Assembly: GCA_963797095.1 (NCBI GenBank)
Contig: CAWCNY010000002.1
Coordinates: forward strand, 832,001 to 896,000
From: an uncultured Chloroflexia bacterium
GTDB taxonomy: Bacteria; Chloroflexota; Chloroflexia; QHBQ01; JADMIH01
Direction of reading: 5' to 3'
Length of the DNA: 64,000 bases
Notes under the pieces: generated by a model
What the model was told of the DNA's origin: nothing
The model's input: only the letters and a program-made list of their open reading frames with translations
The model's database searches: none
Shown: positions 49,198 through 59,672 of the stretch, one piece after another
How positions within the stretch are numbered: the first letter of the stretch is position 1
Layout: the number at the start of each line of letters is the position of its first letter
Program-made: the position numbers and the translations under genes

Positions 49198-52056
49198 ATG
49201 GGAAAAACCACACTACATAAGTTGTTCGAGTTGGGGCAAAGCCCCTGGCTTGATAACATCACGCGCGGGATGATCAAGTCAGGGGCTTTGCAGGAGTTTA
49301 TCAACAAAGGAATCGTAGGGGTGACGGCCAACCCCACGATTTTCGAGAAAGCTCTGGCAGGCTCAAGCGACTACGATATGGCCATAAGCGACCTGTTTCG
49401 CCAGAACAAATCGGCCCGCGACATCTATCATTCCCTTCTGATAGGGGATGTGAGCGCCGCCGCCAACCTCTTCCGGCCTGTATATGACAGGACCAACGGC
49501 CTGGACGGCTTCATCTCCATCGAGGTGGACCCCGATATCGCCGCCGACACCGCGACCACCATCAAACAGGCACTTGAGTTCTTTGCGACGGTCAACCGTC
49601 CCAATATCTTCGTGAAGGTGCCCGCCACACCTGAAGGGTTGCCGGCTATCGAGGAACTGCTCTACCAGGGCGTGAATATCAATATCACTCTCATCTTCTC
49701 GGTCGAAGTGCACAAGCAGGTGATGGAGGCCTATCTGAGCGCGCTTGAGCGCCGGGTTGAGGAGGGCAAGCCTGTGGACAAGATCGCGTCGGTCGCTTCG
49801 TTCTTCGTGAGCCGCGTCGATACGAAAGTCGACAAAATGCTTCAGATCCTCCTCGACAATGAGAGCGACCCCTCCTGGCGGCAGACCATCTCCTCACTGA
49901 TGGGCACCGCAGCCGTCAACAACAGCAAGATGGCGTACCAGGAGTTCCTCAAGATGTTTGGGACCGAGCGGTTCGAGCGCCTGAAAGATCACGGCGCGCG
50001 CGTGCAGCGTCCTCTCTGGGCGTCCACATCCACCAAGAACCCGGCATACAACGATGTGATGTATGTGGAGGATTTGATCGGCCCGGACACGGTCAACACT
50101 ATGCCCGACCAGACCATCGCCTCCTTTCTGGATCACGGCAAGGTCGAGCGCACGATCGATCGCGACCTCGACAAGGCCCGCGAGCAGCTTGAGCAGCTTG
50201 AGCGCCTGGGCATTTCGATGAAGCGAGTGACCGACGAATTGACCGTTGAGGGCGTGGAGTCGTTCAGCAAGAGCTTTGATACCCTGGAAGCGGGGATCGA
50301 GAGCAAACGCGAGCAATTGATGTCCGGTGCTGCCGCTGGAGGTCAGTCCAGCCTGGGGGGGCTTGAGCCGCAGGTCCGCGAGGGCCTGCGGCGCGCCCAA
50401 ACTGAGAACTTGACGACCCGTATCTGGGAGCATGATGCCTCGCTCTGGAAACAGGACGAGGCATCATGGAAGATAATCAGCAACCGCCTCGGCTGGCTCA
50501 GAGTGATCTCTATAATGCAGGCTAATGCCCGCGAAGTGAAGGCATTTGCCCAAGAGGTACACGATGCGGGTTTCACCTCGGTGGTGTTGCTCGGCATGGG
50601 CGGTTCGTCTCTCGCGCCTGAGGTGATCAATCGGGTGTTCGGCCCTGAAGAAGGCTGGCCCCGCTTCTTCATGCTCGATTCTACCAACCCAGGCACCATA
50701 GAGGCTATCGAGAGACGGATCGACCCAGCCAAAACGCTCTTTCTCGTTTCGACCAAGTCGGGCGGCACGATAGAGACGCTCAGCTTCTATCACTACTTCC
50801 GCGAGAAGGTCGAATCCACGAAGGGCGCGCGTGCCGGGGAGAACTTCGTCGCCATTACCGACCCCGGCACCTCTCTTGAGAAGCTGGCGAAGGACGCCGG
50901 GTTCCGCCGTACCTTCCTCAACATGCCCGACATCGGCGGGCGTTACTCCGCGCTTTCCTATTTCGGCATTGTGCCCGCCGCGTTGATGGGACACGATATA
51001 GAAGCTATCTTGGCCTCGGCTTCTGTCATGGCTGAAAGCTGCGCCGAACCTACGCCGGGCGACAACTGCGGCGTATGGCTTGGCGTGGTCATGGGTGTGG
51101 CCTGTCAGGTTGGGCGTGACAAGCTCACTATCTTCACATCGCCCGACCTGGACAGCTATGGATTATGGGCCGAGCAGTTGATCGCTGAAAGTACAGGCAA
51201 AGAGGGTCGCGGCCTGGTGCCTGTGGCCGGTGAGCCTGTTGGTAGGCCATCGGCCTACGGGCGTGACCGTCTCTTTGTCTACCTGGCGCTGGATGGGGTG
51301 GTCGATGTGCACCAGGAGCACGACATACACAAATTGGAGGCGGCGGGCCACCCGGTGGTACAACTCTTGATGGCAAGCAAAGGCGACCTGGGAGCTGAGT
51401 TCTTCAGGTGGCAGCTTGCGACGGCGGTGGCCGGTCATTTCATCGGGATCGACCCGTTTGACGAGCCGAACGTGCAGGAGAGCAAGGACAATACAGGGAA
51501 CCTCCTCGCAACTTATGAGAAAGAAGGCAAATTGCCCCAGGTATGGCCTCTGGTGTCCGATGGTATTTCGCTCTACGGTGATGGCGAGGCCCTGGCGCGT
51601 GCCGGGTCTGAGGGCACGCTGGAGAGCGCGCTTCACGCCTTTTTCAGCACCGTCAGGGCAGGCGATTATGTGTCGATCCTGGCGTATATGCCCACCACGG
51701 GCGAGCATGAAGAGTTGTTCCAGGATACGCGTGTGAGCATTCGAGATACGTTGCGAGTAGCTACCACCTTCGGTTACGGCCCGCGTTATCTTCACTCTAC
51801 AGGCCAGTTGCATAAGGGTGGGCCAAACAAAGGTGCATACATCCAGGTGACATGCGAGCCGCGCCGCGACCTTCCCATTCCAGGCCGGCCTTTCTCGTTC
51901 GGCACGCTCATCAAGGCCCAGGCGATGGGCGACTTCCAATCTTTGGAGAAGCATGGGCGGCGCGCCATCCGCCTCCATATTACAGGCGATCACGGCGAGG
52001 GTGTAGAGCGCATAAGGGAGGCGATCAAGGACTCCCTGGCGGGTTTGGGAATATAA
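49198..52056 (+). CDS. tal-pgi: Bifunctional transaldolase / glucose-6-phosphate isomerase
   Basis: TANPTIF, LWASTSTK, then GMGGSSL, GGRYS, QLIAESTGK, HSTGQLHKGG. Confidence 0.94.
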   Translation: MGKTTLHKLFELGQSPWLDNITRGMIKSGALQEFINKGIVGVTANPTIFEKALAGSSDYDMAISDLFRQNKSARDIYHSLLIGDVSAAANLFRPVYDRTNGLDGFISIEVDPDIAADTATTIKQALEFFATVNRPNIFVKVPATPEGLPAIEELLYQGVNINITLIFSVEVHKQVMEAYLSALERRVEEGKPVDKIASVASFFVSRVDTKVDKMLQILLDNESDPSWRQTISSLMGTAAVNNSKMAYQEFLKMFGTERFERLKDHGARVQRPLWASTSTKNPAYNDVMYVEDLIGPDTVNTMPDQTIASFLDHGKVERTIDRDLDKAREQLEQLERLGISMKRVTDELTVEGVESFSKSFDTLEAGIESKREQLMSGAAAGGQSSLGGLEPQVREGLRRAQTENLTTRIWEHDASLWKQDEASWKIISNRLGWLRVISIMQANAREVKAFAQEVHDAGFTSVVLLGMGGSSLAPEVINRVFGPEEGWPRFFMLDSTNPGTIEAIERRIDPAKTLFLVSTKSGGTIETLSFYHYFREKVESTKGARAGENFVAITDPGTSLEKLAKDAGFRRTFLNMPDIGGRYSALSYFGIVPAALMGHDIEAILASASVMAESCAEPTPGDNCGVWLGVVMGVACQVGRDKLTIFTSPDLDSYGLWAEQLIAESTGKEGRGLVPVAGEPVGRPSAYGRDRLFVYLALDGVVDVHQEHDIHKLEAAGHPVVQLLMASKGDLGAEFFRWQLATAVAGHFIGIDPFDEPNVQESKDNTGNLLATYEKEGKLPQVWPLVSDGISLYGDGEALARAGSEGTLESALHAFFSTVRAGDYVSILAYMPTTGEHEELFQDTRVSIRDTLRVATTFGYGPRYLHSTGQLHKGGPNKGAYIQVTCEPRRDLPIPGRPFSFGTLIKAQAMGDFQSLEKHGRRAIRLHITGDHGEGVERIREAIKDSLAGLGI

Positions 52057-52069
52057 AGCAAGGATACTC

Positions 52070-52617
52070 ATGAGTTCTGTAGCCCATCGATTACTCACAG
52101 CCGAAGATTTCCGGCATCTATCCGGAAGCGAGCATAAAGAGCTTATACGCGGGGAGGTGGTTGAAACTGTGCCCCCAGGCAAAGATCATGGCACGATTGC
52201 TCTTGCCATAGGCACTTTGCTACGCCTATGGGCCAGGCAGGGCGTAGGTGGCAAGGTAGGTGTCGAATCAGGCTTTATCCTGGCTCGCGATCCCGATACT
52301 GTGCGTGGGCCGGATGTATACTATGGAAGCCCCAGCCGAGTGACTTCAGATAGTAAAACCAATGCCTTCTGGACTATTGCGCCCGATCTGGCCGTCGAGG
52401 TTGTCTCCCCAGCGAGACAGCAGATGAGATTCGGGAGGAAGTGCGTGACCTCCCGACAGCAGGAACACCTCTCGTGTGGGTAGTTTATCTTCGCACTCAC
52501 GAAGTTGTAGCTCATACTTCGGATTGCCTGGCGAGAACCTACGGTCAGGAGGACCTCCTTGAATTGGCCGATCTGTTGCCAGGGTCTTCATGTAAGGTGG
52601 CTGAATTGTTCGAATAA
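52070..52617 (+). pseudogene. Uma2/PDDEXK endonuclease-family gene with a -1 frameshift
   Basis: PDV, PDLAVEVVSP, then one C missing in the run at 52407-52410; the shifted frame gives SETADEIREEV...VWVV...VAELFE and stop at 52617. Confidence 0.8.
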
Positions 52618-52670
52618 TTTATATCGCCCCGCGGTCAAAACCGCGAAAAATCTTCTTGAGGAGCAAACAT

Positions 52671-53825
52671 ATGGAACTAGGTTTTATTGGACTGGGCAAA
52701 ATGGGTGCGAACATGGTGCACCGCCTCCTTCTTGGCGGCCATCGCGTGGTAGCTTACAATCGCTCGCCCGACAAGACCAGGGAAGCCGCCGAACTGGGGG
52801 CTGTGGCGACCTTTTCGGTTGAAGAGCTGATAGACAACCTGCAAGAGACGCCCAAGGCAGTGTGGATCATGGTTCCTGCGGGTGACGCCACCACCCAGCA
52901 GATACAGCACCTCATCCCACTGATGAAGGCAGGCGATATCATCATTGACGGCGGCAACTCCAACTTTCGCGATTCTATAGCGCGCTCCAAGATGCTTGCC
53001 GAGCACGACATGCACTTTGTAGATGTGGGCACCTCAGGCGGCATCTGGGGATTGAAAATCGGCTACTGCATGATGATCGGAGGCGAGCGCGCTATCTTCG
53101 AGCACCTGCGCCCCCTATTCTCGACCCTCGCTCCCAACGAAGACGGTTACGACTATTTCGGCATGCACGGCGCAGGCCATTTCACCAAGATGGTGCACAA
53201 CGGCATCGAGTACGGCATGATGCAGGCCTACGGCGAGGGCTTCGAGATCATCAAAAACAGCGATTATAATGTGGACCTTGCCCGCCTGTCGCGTATATGG
53301 AACAACGGTAGCGTGATCCGTTCGTGGCTCCTTGAGCTGGCCGAGCGCGCCTTCGAGCAGGAAGGAAACGATCTCGCAGAGATCAGGGGCTATGTCGAGG
53401 ACTCAGGCGAGGGTCGCTGGACTGTCCTCGAAGCGATCAACCAGTCTGTGCCAGCCCCCGTGATCACTCTCTCCCTGATGGCGCGCTTTATCTCGCGCCA
53501 GGAGGAGTCGTTCAGCGCTCAGGTGGCCGCCGCTCTCCGCAATCAGTTCGGCGGGCACGCTGTACGTATAGCCGAAGCCATCGAGTTGCAGGTGGCAGCC
53601 GAGGCGATGAAATCAATCGCCCCATCTACACCGGGCGTTTCTGCTTCAACCGGCGATTCCTCGCGTGAAGAGGCTGGCGAGGCCGTGATGCAGAAGACTC
53701 AGGCAGCCGAAGATGCCGCCGAGAAAATGCCTGATGCCGGCAAGGTTGTGGAGGCTCTTCAGGGCACGGCGCAAGATATCTACCGGAGCAACACAGAGAA
53801 GGGGACGAACCCCTCCGATAAATAG
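52671..53825 (+). CDS. gnd: Decarboxylating 6-phosphogluconate dehydrogenase (short type) with C-terminal extension
   Basis: GLGKMG, DGGNS, GAGHFTKMVHNGIEYG, DSGEGRW, FGGH motifs. Confidence 0.94.
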   Translation: MELGFIGLGKMGANMVHRLLLGGHRVVAYNRSPDKTREAAELGAVATFSVEELIDNLQETPKAVWIMVPAGDATTQQIQHLIPLMKAGDIIIDGGNSNFRDSIARSKMLAEHDMHFVDVGTSGGIWGLKIGYCMMIGGERAIFEHLRPLFSTLAPNEDGYDYFGMHGAGHFTKMVHNGIEYGMMQAYGEGFEIIKNSDYNVDLARLSRIWNNGSVIRSWLLELAERAFEQEGNDLAEIRGYVEDSGEGRWTVLEAINQSVPAPVITLSLMARFISRQEESFSAQVAAALRNQFGGHAVRIAEAIELQVAAEAMKSIAPSTPGVSASTGDSSREEAGEAVMQKTQAAEDAAEKMPDAGKVVEALQGTAQDIYRSNTEKGTNPSDK

Positions 53826-53872
53826 CGGGCAAGCCTCATCTCCCTTAATCATCTTCAGTGTAAGGAACTAAG

Positions 53873-54400
53873 ATGTCGCATACTATCGAGACTTTCAGGT
53901 CGATGCTGGCGCCGTTGCCCGCATACTGGATCTTTCTCGCCGAAAGTGTGCCTGATGATCTCATCCGGCGCCCTGCTGCCGAGGGCGAGTGGTCGGCCTT
54001 ACAATGCCTCAGCCACCTGCTCGATACCGAACGGATGGTGTTCCCGGCACGTGTGCGTGTCTTCCTCTCCGGAGGCGACTCTTTTGCTGCTTTCGATCCG
54101 GACGAGGAAGGCACGGATTACTCGCAAATGTCAGCCCCACAGGTAGCGCAGGAGTTCGCACGCTACAGGCGCGAGAACCTGCAACTCCTTGGGCAGGTAC
54201 AACCCCAGCACCTGTTGCAGGAAGCCCGCCACTCCGAACTGGGTATGGTCACTCTTGAAGAAATGCTCAATGAGTGGGTCGCACACGACCTCAACCACAC
54301 CGTCCAGGCCGAGCGCGCCCTGATGCAAGCCTTCATTCCAGGCTCAGGCCCCTGGAGGCACTATTTTAGGGATCATGATATAGAGATGGACGATAGGTGA
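53873..54400 (+). CDS. DinB-family protein
   Basis: WSALQCLSHL, HDLNH motifs. Confidence 0.85.
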   Translation: MSHTIETFRSMLAPLPAYWIFLAESVPDDLIRRPAAEGEWSALQCLSHLLDTERMVFPARVRVFLSGGDSFAAFDPDEEGTDYSQMSAPQVAQEFARYRRENLQLLGQVQPQHLLQEARHSELGMVTLEEMLNEWVAHDLNHTVQAERALMQAFIPGSGPWRHYFRDHDIEMDDR

Positions 54401-54495
54401 CGAGTGACGAGTGACGAGTGACGAGTGACGAGTGACCAGGAACAAGGAACAAGGAACTAGGAACTAGGAACTAGAGTCCAACTCCGACTACCAGG
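54398..54495. repeat. Composite heptamer array
   Basis: (GACGAGT)5 followed by (GGAACAA/GGAACTA)n and CCGACTACC. Confidence 0.9.
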
Positions 54496-54530
54496 AACAA
54501 TCGTCCACTGTCCAAAGTGAAGGAAATACC

Positions 54531-56150
54531 ATGGTATCGCTTCTAGCACCTCCTATAGTTGAGAACCCCCTGCGCGAGGGACTGCGCATGCGGCGCACCC
54601 CCAACCCCTGCATCTTTGTGCTGTTCGGCATCACCGGCGACCTAGCACATCGCAAGCTCCTTCCCGCCCTCTATAACCTGTCGGTGGAGCGGAGGCTGCC
54701 GCCCAACTTCACCATCGTGGGCTTCGCGCGCCGCGCGTATACCGACGAAGAGATACGCAAAGAACTGAAGGCTTCGGTCCAGAAGTATGCGCGCAATAAG
54801 CCTTCCGAGCGCCCGGGAGTGTGGAACTCGTTCGCAGAAGGCATATTCTATGTTCAATCGAACTTCGATGACCTGGAGGGCTACAAGAAGCTTGAGCGTC
54901 GCCTCTCAGAGATCGACAAACAGCGCGGCACGCTTGGCAACCGCCTCTACTACCTTTCCACGCCGCCCGACTTCTATCCCACAATCGTGCAGCAATTGGG
55001 GGCGGCGGGCCTTTCCAACACTCGCCCGGTCTCCATTGCCGATGGCACAAGCAACGGTGCGGGCGGCCTCTTTATGCCCCTGGAGACCGAGGGATCCTGG
55101 CGGCGCATCGTGGTAGAAAAGCCTTTCGGCCACGACCTGCCAAGCGCCCACCAGCTAAATCGCCAGATCAGCGAGGTCTTCCACGAGGAGCAAATCTACC
55201 GTATCGACCACTACCTGGGCAAAGAGACGGTTCAGAATATCCTGGTGTTCCGCTTCGCCAACGGCATCTGGGAGCCTATCTGGAGCCGGCGCTATATAGA
55301 CAGCGTGCAAATAACAGTGGCCGAGAACCTGGGCGTTGAGGATCGAGCCTCCTACTATGAGACCGCGGGCGCTCTGCGCGATATGCTTCAGAACCACATG
55401 ATGCAGTTGCTAACCCTGGTCGCGATGGAGCCTCCAGCTTCGTTCGATGCCCAGTCGGTGCGCGACGAAAAAGCCAAAGTATTGCGGTCTATCAAGCCAT
55501 TCACCCCCGCAGAAGTAGCTCATAATACGGTGCGCGGGCAGTATGGGCCGGGGTCGATCTTCGGCAAGCCTGTGCCCGGCTACCGCCAGGAGGCCAACAT
55601 CCCGCCCGATTCGGACACCGAAACTTTCGTGGCTGCGCGCTTCTTCGTAGATAATTGGCGTTGGTCGGGCGTGCCGTTCTATCTGCGCCACGGTAAGCGC
55701 CTGCCCAAGCGTGCCACCGAGATCGCGATCCAGTTCAGGCCCGCGCCCCTTGCCCTCTTCCAGCACACCGCCGCCGACGAGTTGCAGCCGAACGTGCTTG
55801 TGCTCCATATCCAGCCGGACGAAGGCATCTCGATCAAGTTCGAGTCGAAGCTGCCAGGCCAGGATATCCGCCTGCGTTCCGTTGATATGAACTTCAATTA
55901 TGGTACCTCATTCGGTATAGAAACACCCGACGCGTATGAACGGCTATTATGGGATGCGATGATCGGCGACTCGACGCTCTTTACCAGGCGCGACGAGGTC
56001 GAACTGATGTGGACGCTTGCCACCTCTATCCTCGAAGGATGGAAGCGCATCCCACCGCCCACTTTCCCCAACTATAGAGCGGGCAGTTGGGGCCCAAGCG
56101 TAGCCGATGATCTGATAGCCCGCGATGGAAGGCAGTGGAGGCGTGTGTAA
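54531..56150 (+). CDS. zwf: Glucose-6-phosphate 1-dehydrogenase
   Basis: GITGDL, EKPFG, RIDHYLGKE, DMLQNH motifs. Confidence 0.97.
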   Translation: MVSLLAPPIVENPLREGLRMRRTPNPCIFVLFGITGDLAHRKLLPALYNLSVERRLPPNFTIVGFARRAYTDEEIRKELKASVQKYARNKPSERPGVWNSFAEGIFYVQSNFDDLEGYKKLERRLSEIDKQRGTLGNRLYYLSTPPDFYPTIVQQLGAAGLSNTRPVSIADGTSNGAGGLFMPLETEGSWRRIVVEKPFGHDLPSAHQLNRQISEVFHEEQIYRIDHYLGKETVQNILVFRFANGIWEPIWSRRYIDSVQITVAENLGVEDRASYYETAGALRDMLQNHMMQLLTLVAMEPPASFDAQSVRDEKAKVLRSIKPFTPAEVAHNTVRGQYGPGSIFGKPVPGYRQEANIPPDSDTETFVAARFFVDNWRWSGVPFYLRHGKRLPKRATEIAIQFRPAPLALFQHTAADELQPNVLVLHIQPDEGISIKFESKLPGQDIRLRSVDMNFNYGTSFGIETPDAYERLLWDAMIGDSTLFTRRDEVELMWTLATSILEGWKRIPPPTFPNYRAGSWGPSVADDLIARDGRQWRRV

Positions 56151-57553
56151 TGTCTGACTCTAAAGCAACCCACGTTGCCGAACCCAAAGAGCCTGCCGAT
56201 GCAGACCAGGTAATAGATAAAGACCCAATTACCTTCGAGGAAAGCTCCTCAACAATAGATTCGGGCGCGCCGATCCCCGTGGCGGTTGAGTACGTTGATT
56301 CTCAACTAACCGAGTTGTGGCGCGATGTGGCCGAGGCAGCGCAAGCTAAGGGCGGCACACAGGCCGTGACTACCGCGCAAGTGCTCAACCTTGCCATACG
56401 TGCCAACTCCTATAAATCCGCTAACCAGTACGTTGACGCCGTCGAGCAGATCACAGGCCGCCACCCTTGCCGCGTGATCGCTGTGACCACCGACCCCGAC
56501 GAGCCCGATTTGCCGGTGCAGGCTTGGGTTTCTATCCACTGCCAGTTGCCCCCCACCGGTGGGCGGCAGGTCTGTTCTGAACAGGTGACGGTGGCCGCCG
56601 GTGGCGACTCGACGCGCCGCTTGCCCGCCGCCGTTATACCGCTCCTCCTGCCCGACCTGCCCGTCTTCCTCTGGTGGCCCGAAGGCGACCCGTTTGACGA
56701 CTATATCTTCCGCAACCTGGCCGACTCGACCACACGCCTCATTATCGATACATCCGCGTTCGAGAACCCGGAGGGTGCCCTCGCCAAGCTGGCGTCGCAA
56801 GGCAGAAGCCAGTGGCCCAAGATCGCAGTCAGCGATATGAACTGGGGCCGTCTCACTCCCTGGCGTGAGATGGTGGCTTCTTTCTTCGACCCGCCTGCTA
56901 TTCGTCCCTACCTCGACCACATCTCTCATGTGAGGATCGAGTATGCTCAGCCTATTGACCGGCACTCCCATGTGAATCGCTCCCAGGCGCTCATGATGGC
57001 TGGATGGCTTGCGAGCAGGCTCGATTGGGAGTCGATGGAGAATGCCTATAAGCTGAGCCATAGCGAGATCAGCCATATACCAAAGGCTGCTCTTACCCTG
57101 AAGGCCGGGAAGCGCACGGTCACCATGGATCTGCATGCCGTGGACTGGAAAGGCACCTGCCCAGGCGAACTTTTCTCCATCACCCTTGAGATCGCGGGTG
57201 ATCACCCCGGCGATCCACCTGCTGCCACCTTCACGCTGAAACTGAGCGACCAGCAGGAGTCGTGCGCCGTATCCACTGTCGAGCTACCCGATTCCGAACC
57301 CACCAGCCGCATCATTCAGCTGAGGCCCCTCGAAGTGACCGACCTGCTGGATGATGAACTGGAGATTTACAGCCGCGATACAGTCTACGAAGAGAGCCTG
57401 GCGATGGTAGGAGCGTTCATCAGGGGCACTCGCCATTCCACCAGGTCAACGGTGATGAGCCACAAAGTGCCGAGCGGCGAACCGATCAGCGCCGCCCAGG
57501 CTCAACAGCAGCGCGGCTCGCGACCTCAGAGGCCCCATCGTCCCGGTGGATGA
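56150..57553 (+). CDS. opcA: G6PDH assembly protein OpcA
   Basis: HPCRVI, CSEQV, PDLPVFLWW, DMNWGRLTPWR; ATG overlaps the zwf stop. Confidence 0.9.
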   Translation: MSDSKATHVAEPKEPADADQVIDKDPITFEESSSTIDSGAPIPVAVEYVDSQLTELWRDVAEAAQAKGGTQAVTTAQVLNLAIRANSYKSANQYVDAVEQITGRHPCRVIAVTTDPDEPDLPVQAWVSIHCQLPPTGGRQVCSEQVTVAAGGDSTRRLPAAVIPLLLPDLPVFLWWPEGDPFDDYIFRNLADSTTRLIIDTSAFENPEGALAKLASQGRSQWPKIAVSDMNWGRLTPWREMVASFFDPPAIRPYLDHISHVRIEYAQPIDRHSHVNRSQALMMAGWLASRLDWESMENAYKLSHSEISHIPKAALTLKAGKRTVTMDLHAVDWKGTCPGELFSITLEIAGDHPGDPPAATFTLKLSDQQESCAVSTVELPDSEPTSRIIQLRPLEVTDLLDDELEIYSRDTVYEESLAMVGAFIRGTRHSTRSTVMSHKVPSGEPISAAQAQQQRGSRPQRPHRPGG

Positions 57554-57623
57554 ACGGGCAATTCAAAATGTTGGACGCAAAACTTACCGCGTAAGGCGAA
57601 ATCTTGCGGCATACCTCCAGATT

Positions 57624-58094
57624 ATGATAGAAGATACCCGTCCTATGTTGGAAAAAACCGCCACGCGCTCGATCCTCATAAATGCGCCCGCGTCTCAGGT
57701 GTGGGCGGTGCTTACAGACCTGGATCTGGTCAAGCAGTGGCACTCCCCCGAAGGTACAGCGTACATAAACACCACCTGGGAGGTGGGCAGTCCGATCCTA
57801 TTTGAAGGGATGTGGCACAAGATCAGGCTTCGAGACAAAGGGACGGTCTTGCAGTTCCAGCCGGAAAAGACGCTTCAATACAGCTATTACAGCAAACTAT
57901 CCCGGCTGCCTGATGCTCCCGAAAGCTACTCCGTAACCGAGCTTGAGTTGACCCCACAAGACAATGGCACGTTGCTAACGGTAACCCTGAGCCACTTCGC
58001 CCAGGAATCAGGCTACGGTCACGCCAGATTCTACTGGACTACGGCCTTGCACCGCATCAAACAACTGGTCGAGAATGGATCAACCGAAACCTAA
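57624..58094 (+). CDS. SRPBCC/AHSA1-like protein
   Basis: INAPASQVWAVLTD, WEVGSPI motifs; start codon uncertain. Confidence 0.78.
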   Translation: MIEDTRPMLEKTATRSILINAPASQVWAVLTDLDLVKQWHSPEGTAYINTTWEVGSPILFEGMWHKIRLRDKGTVLQFQPEKTLQYSYYSKLSRLPDAPESYSVTELELTPQDNGTLLTVTLSHFAQESGYGHARFYWTTALHRIKQLVENGSTET

Positions 58095-58852
58095 TGCCAA
58101 CTACAACCGTCCAAATCATAGACTCCCCTGCTGACATAGCGCGTGCCGCAGCCGAGCGATTTGTGCTGCTCGCCAATTCTTCCACCGCCGGCGGCAACGA
58201 ATTCAGCGTGGCCCTTTCGGGTGGCTCCACTCCCAAATTGCTCTACGATCTCCTTACCTCCACCGAGTTCCGCGACGATGTACCCTGGCAACACCTGCGC
58301 TTCTTCTTCGGCGACGAACGTTGGGTGCCTCACACCGACCCCCAGAGCAACTTCAAGCTCGCAAACGACTATCTCTTTAAGCCCCTCAACATCTCGCACA
58401 CAAACGTATACCCGGTGCCAACCAGTGGCGACCCCGACAGTGCAGCCTCTCATTACGAGACTACCCTCCGCTCGGCCTTAGACCTCAACAAAGGCGAAGT
58501 GCCGCGCTTCGACCTGATATTCCTCGGCATGGGCGATGAGGGGCACACCGCCTCTCTTTTCCCTCACACCAACGTGCTCCATGAGAACGATAGGCTGGTG
58601 TCTGCCACCTTCGTGCCCAAACTGGATGCAAACCGGATCACTCTCACCCCTCTTACCCTCAATGCAGCCCACCAGACTATCCTCATGGTAGGCGGCGCGG
58701 GTAAAGCCGAAGCTCTCCACCAGGTGTTAGAGGGCGAGTACAACCCCGATGAATACCCAGCCCAACTCCTGCGGAACTCGCTGGGGCAGGTGACCTGGCT
58801 GGTAGACAAAGCCGCCGCTTCCTCATTAGAAGGCGACTACCCGGGAGTATAA
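58094..58852 (+). CDS. pgl: 6-phosphogluconolactonase
   Basis: LSGGSTP, GDERWVP, SNF, LGMGDEGHTASLFP motifs. Confidence 0.96.
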   Translation: MPTTTVQIIDSPADIARAAAERFVLLANSSTAGGNEFSVALSGGSTPKLLYDLLTSTEFRDDVPWQHLRFFFGDERWVPHTDPQSNFKLANDYLFKPLNISHTNVYPVPTSGDPDSAASHYETTLRSALDLNKGEVPRFDLIFLGMGDEGHTASLFPHTNVLHENDRLVSATFVPKLDANRITLTPLTLNAAHQTILMVGGAGKAEALHQVLEGEYNPDEYPAQLLRNSLGQVTWLVDKAAASSLEGDYPGV

Positions 58853-59535
58853 TGCATTACACCACACGCCCAATACACATAGTTCCCTCCATTCTCTCCG
58901 CCGACTTTGCTCGCCTGGGCGACCAGGTGCGCGAGGCCGAGGCTGCCGGTGCCGGGCGCATCCAGGTGGACGTAATGGACGGCCACTTCGTGCCCAACAT
59001 CACCGTTGGCCCTCTCATCATCGAGGCGATCCGCCCACATTGCACTATCCCAATCGAAGCGCACCTGATGATCGAGCACCCTGAGCTATATATCCCACAG
59101 TTCGCGAAGGCCGGGGCCGATTACATTCTCGTTCACGTCGAAACCTCGCCCCACCTGCACCGCACCATCCAGCAGATACGCGACGAAGGCAAAGGCGCGG
59201 GCGTTGTTCTGAACCCGGCCACCCCCCTTGTTGCCCTCGAAGAAATCCTCATCTACGTCGATATGGTGCTTGTAATGACGGTCAACCCCGGCTTCGGCGG
59301 GCAGGAGTTCATCGAGTCGATGTTGCCCAAGATACGCCGCTTGCGCGCCATGCTCGACGAGCATAACCCCGATTGCGATATAGAGGTAGACGGGGGCATT
59401 CACGAAACCACCATCGCCGATGCCGTCCATGCTGGGGCCAATCTCCTTGTCGCAGGCTCCGCCGTCTACAGCGCCCTCGAAGGCGTGGCTGCCGCCATGT
59501 CTCGCTTGCGCGCGGCCATCGACCAACCTCTCTGA
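58852..59535 (+). CDS. rpe: Ribulose-phosphate 3-epimerase
   Basis: PSILSADF, DVMDGHFVPN, MTVNPGFGGQ, EVDGG motifs. Confidence 0.97.
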   Translation: MHYTTRPIHIVPSILSADFARLGDQVREAEAAGAGRIQVDVMDGHFVPNITVGPLIIEAIRPHCTIPIEAHLMIEHPELYIPQFAKAGADYILVHVETSPHLHRTIQQIRDEGKGAGVVLNPATPLVALEEILIYVDMVLVMTVNPGFGGQEFIESMLPKIRRLRAMLDEHNPDCDIEVDGGIHETTIADAVHAGANLLVAGSAVYSALEGVAAAMSRLRAAIDQPL

Positions 59536-59672
59536 GAACAGCACAGGTAGATGCAAAGCTGGCTCGAGGTCGCGAAGTCGATCTCCTATTATAATTGAAC
59601 ATTACCTTCGCGCTCCTCGTTCACCTTCGCATCTTCGTGCACAAATAACAACCTCCAGGAAGGATTCTTTAC

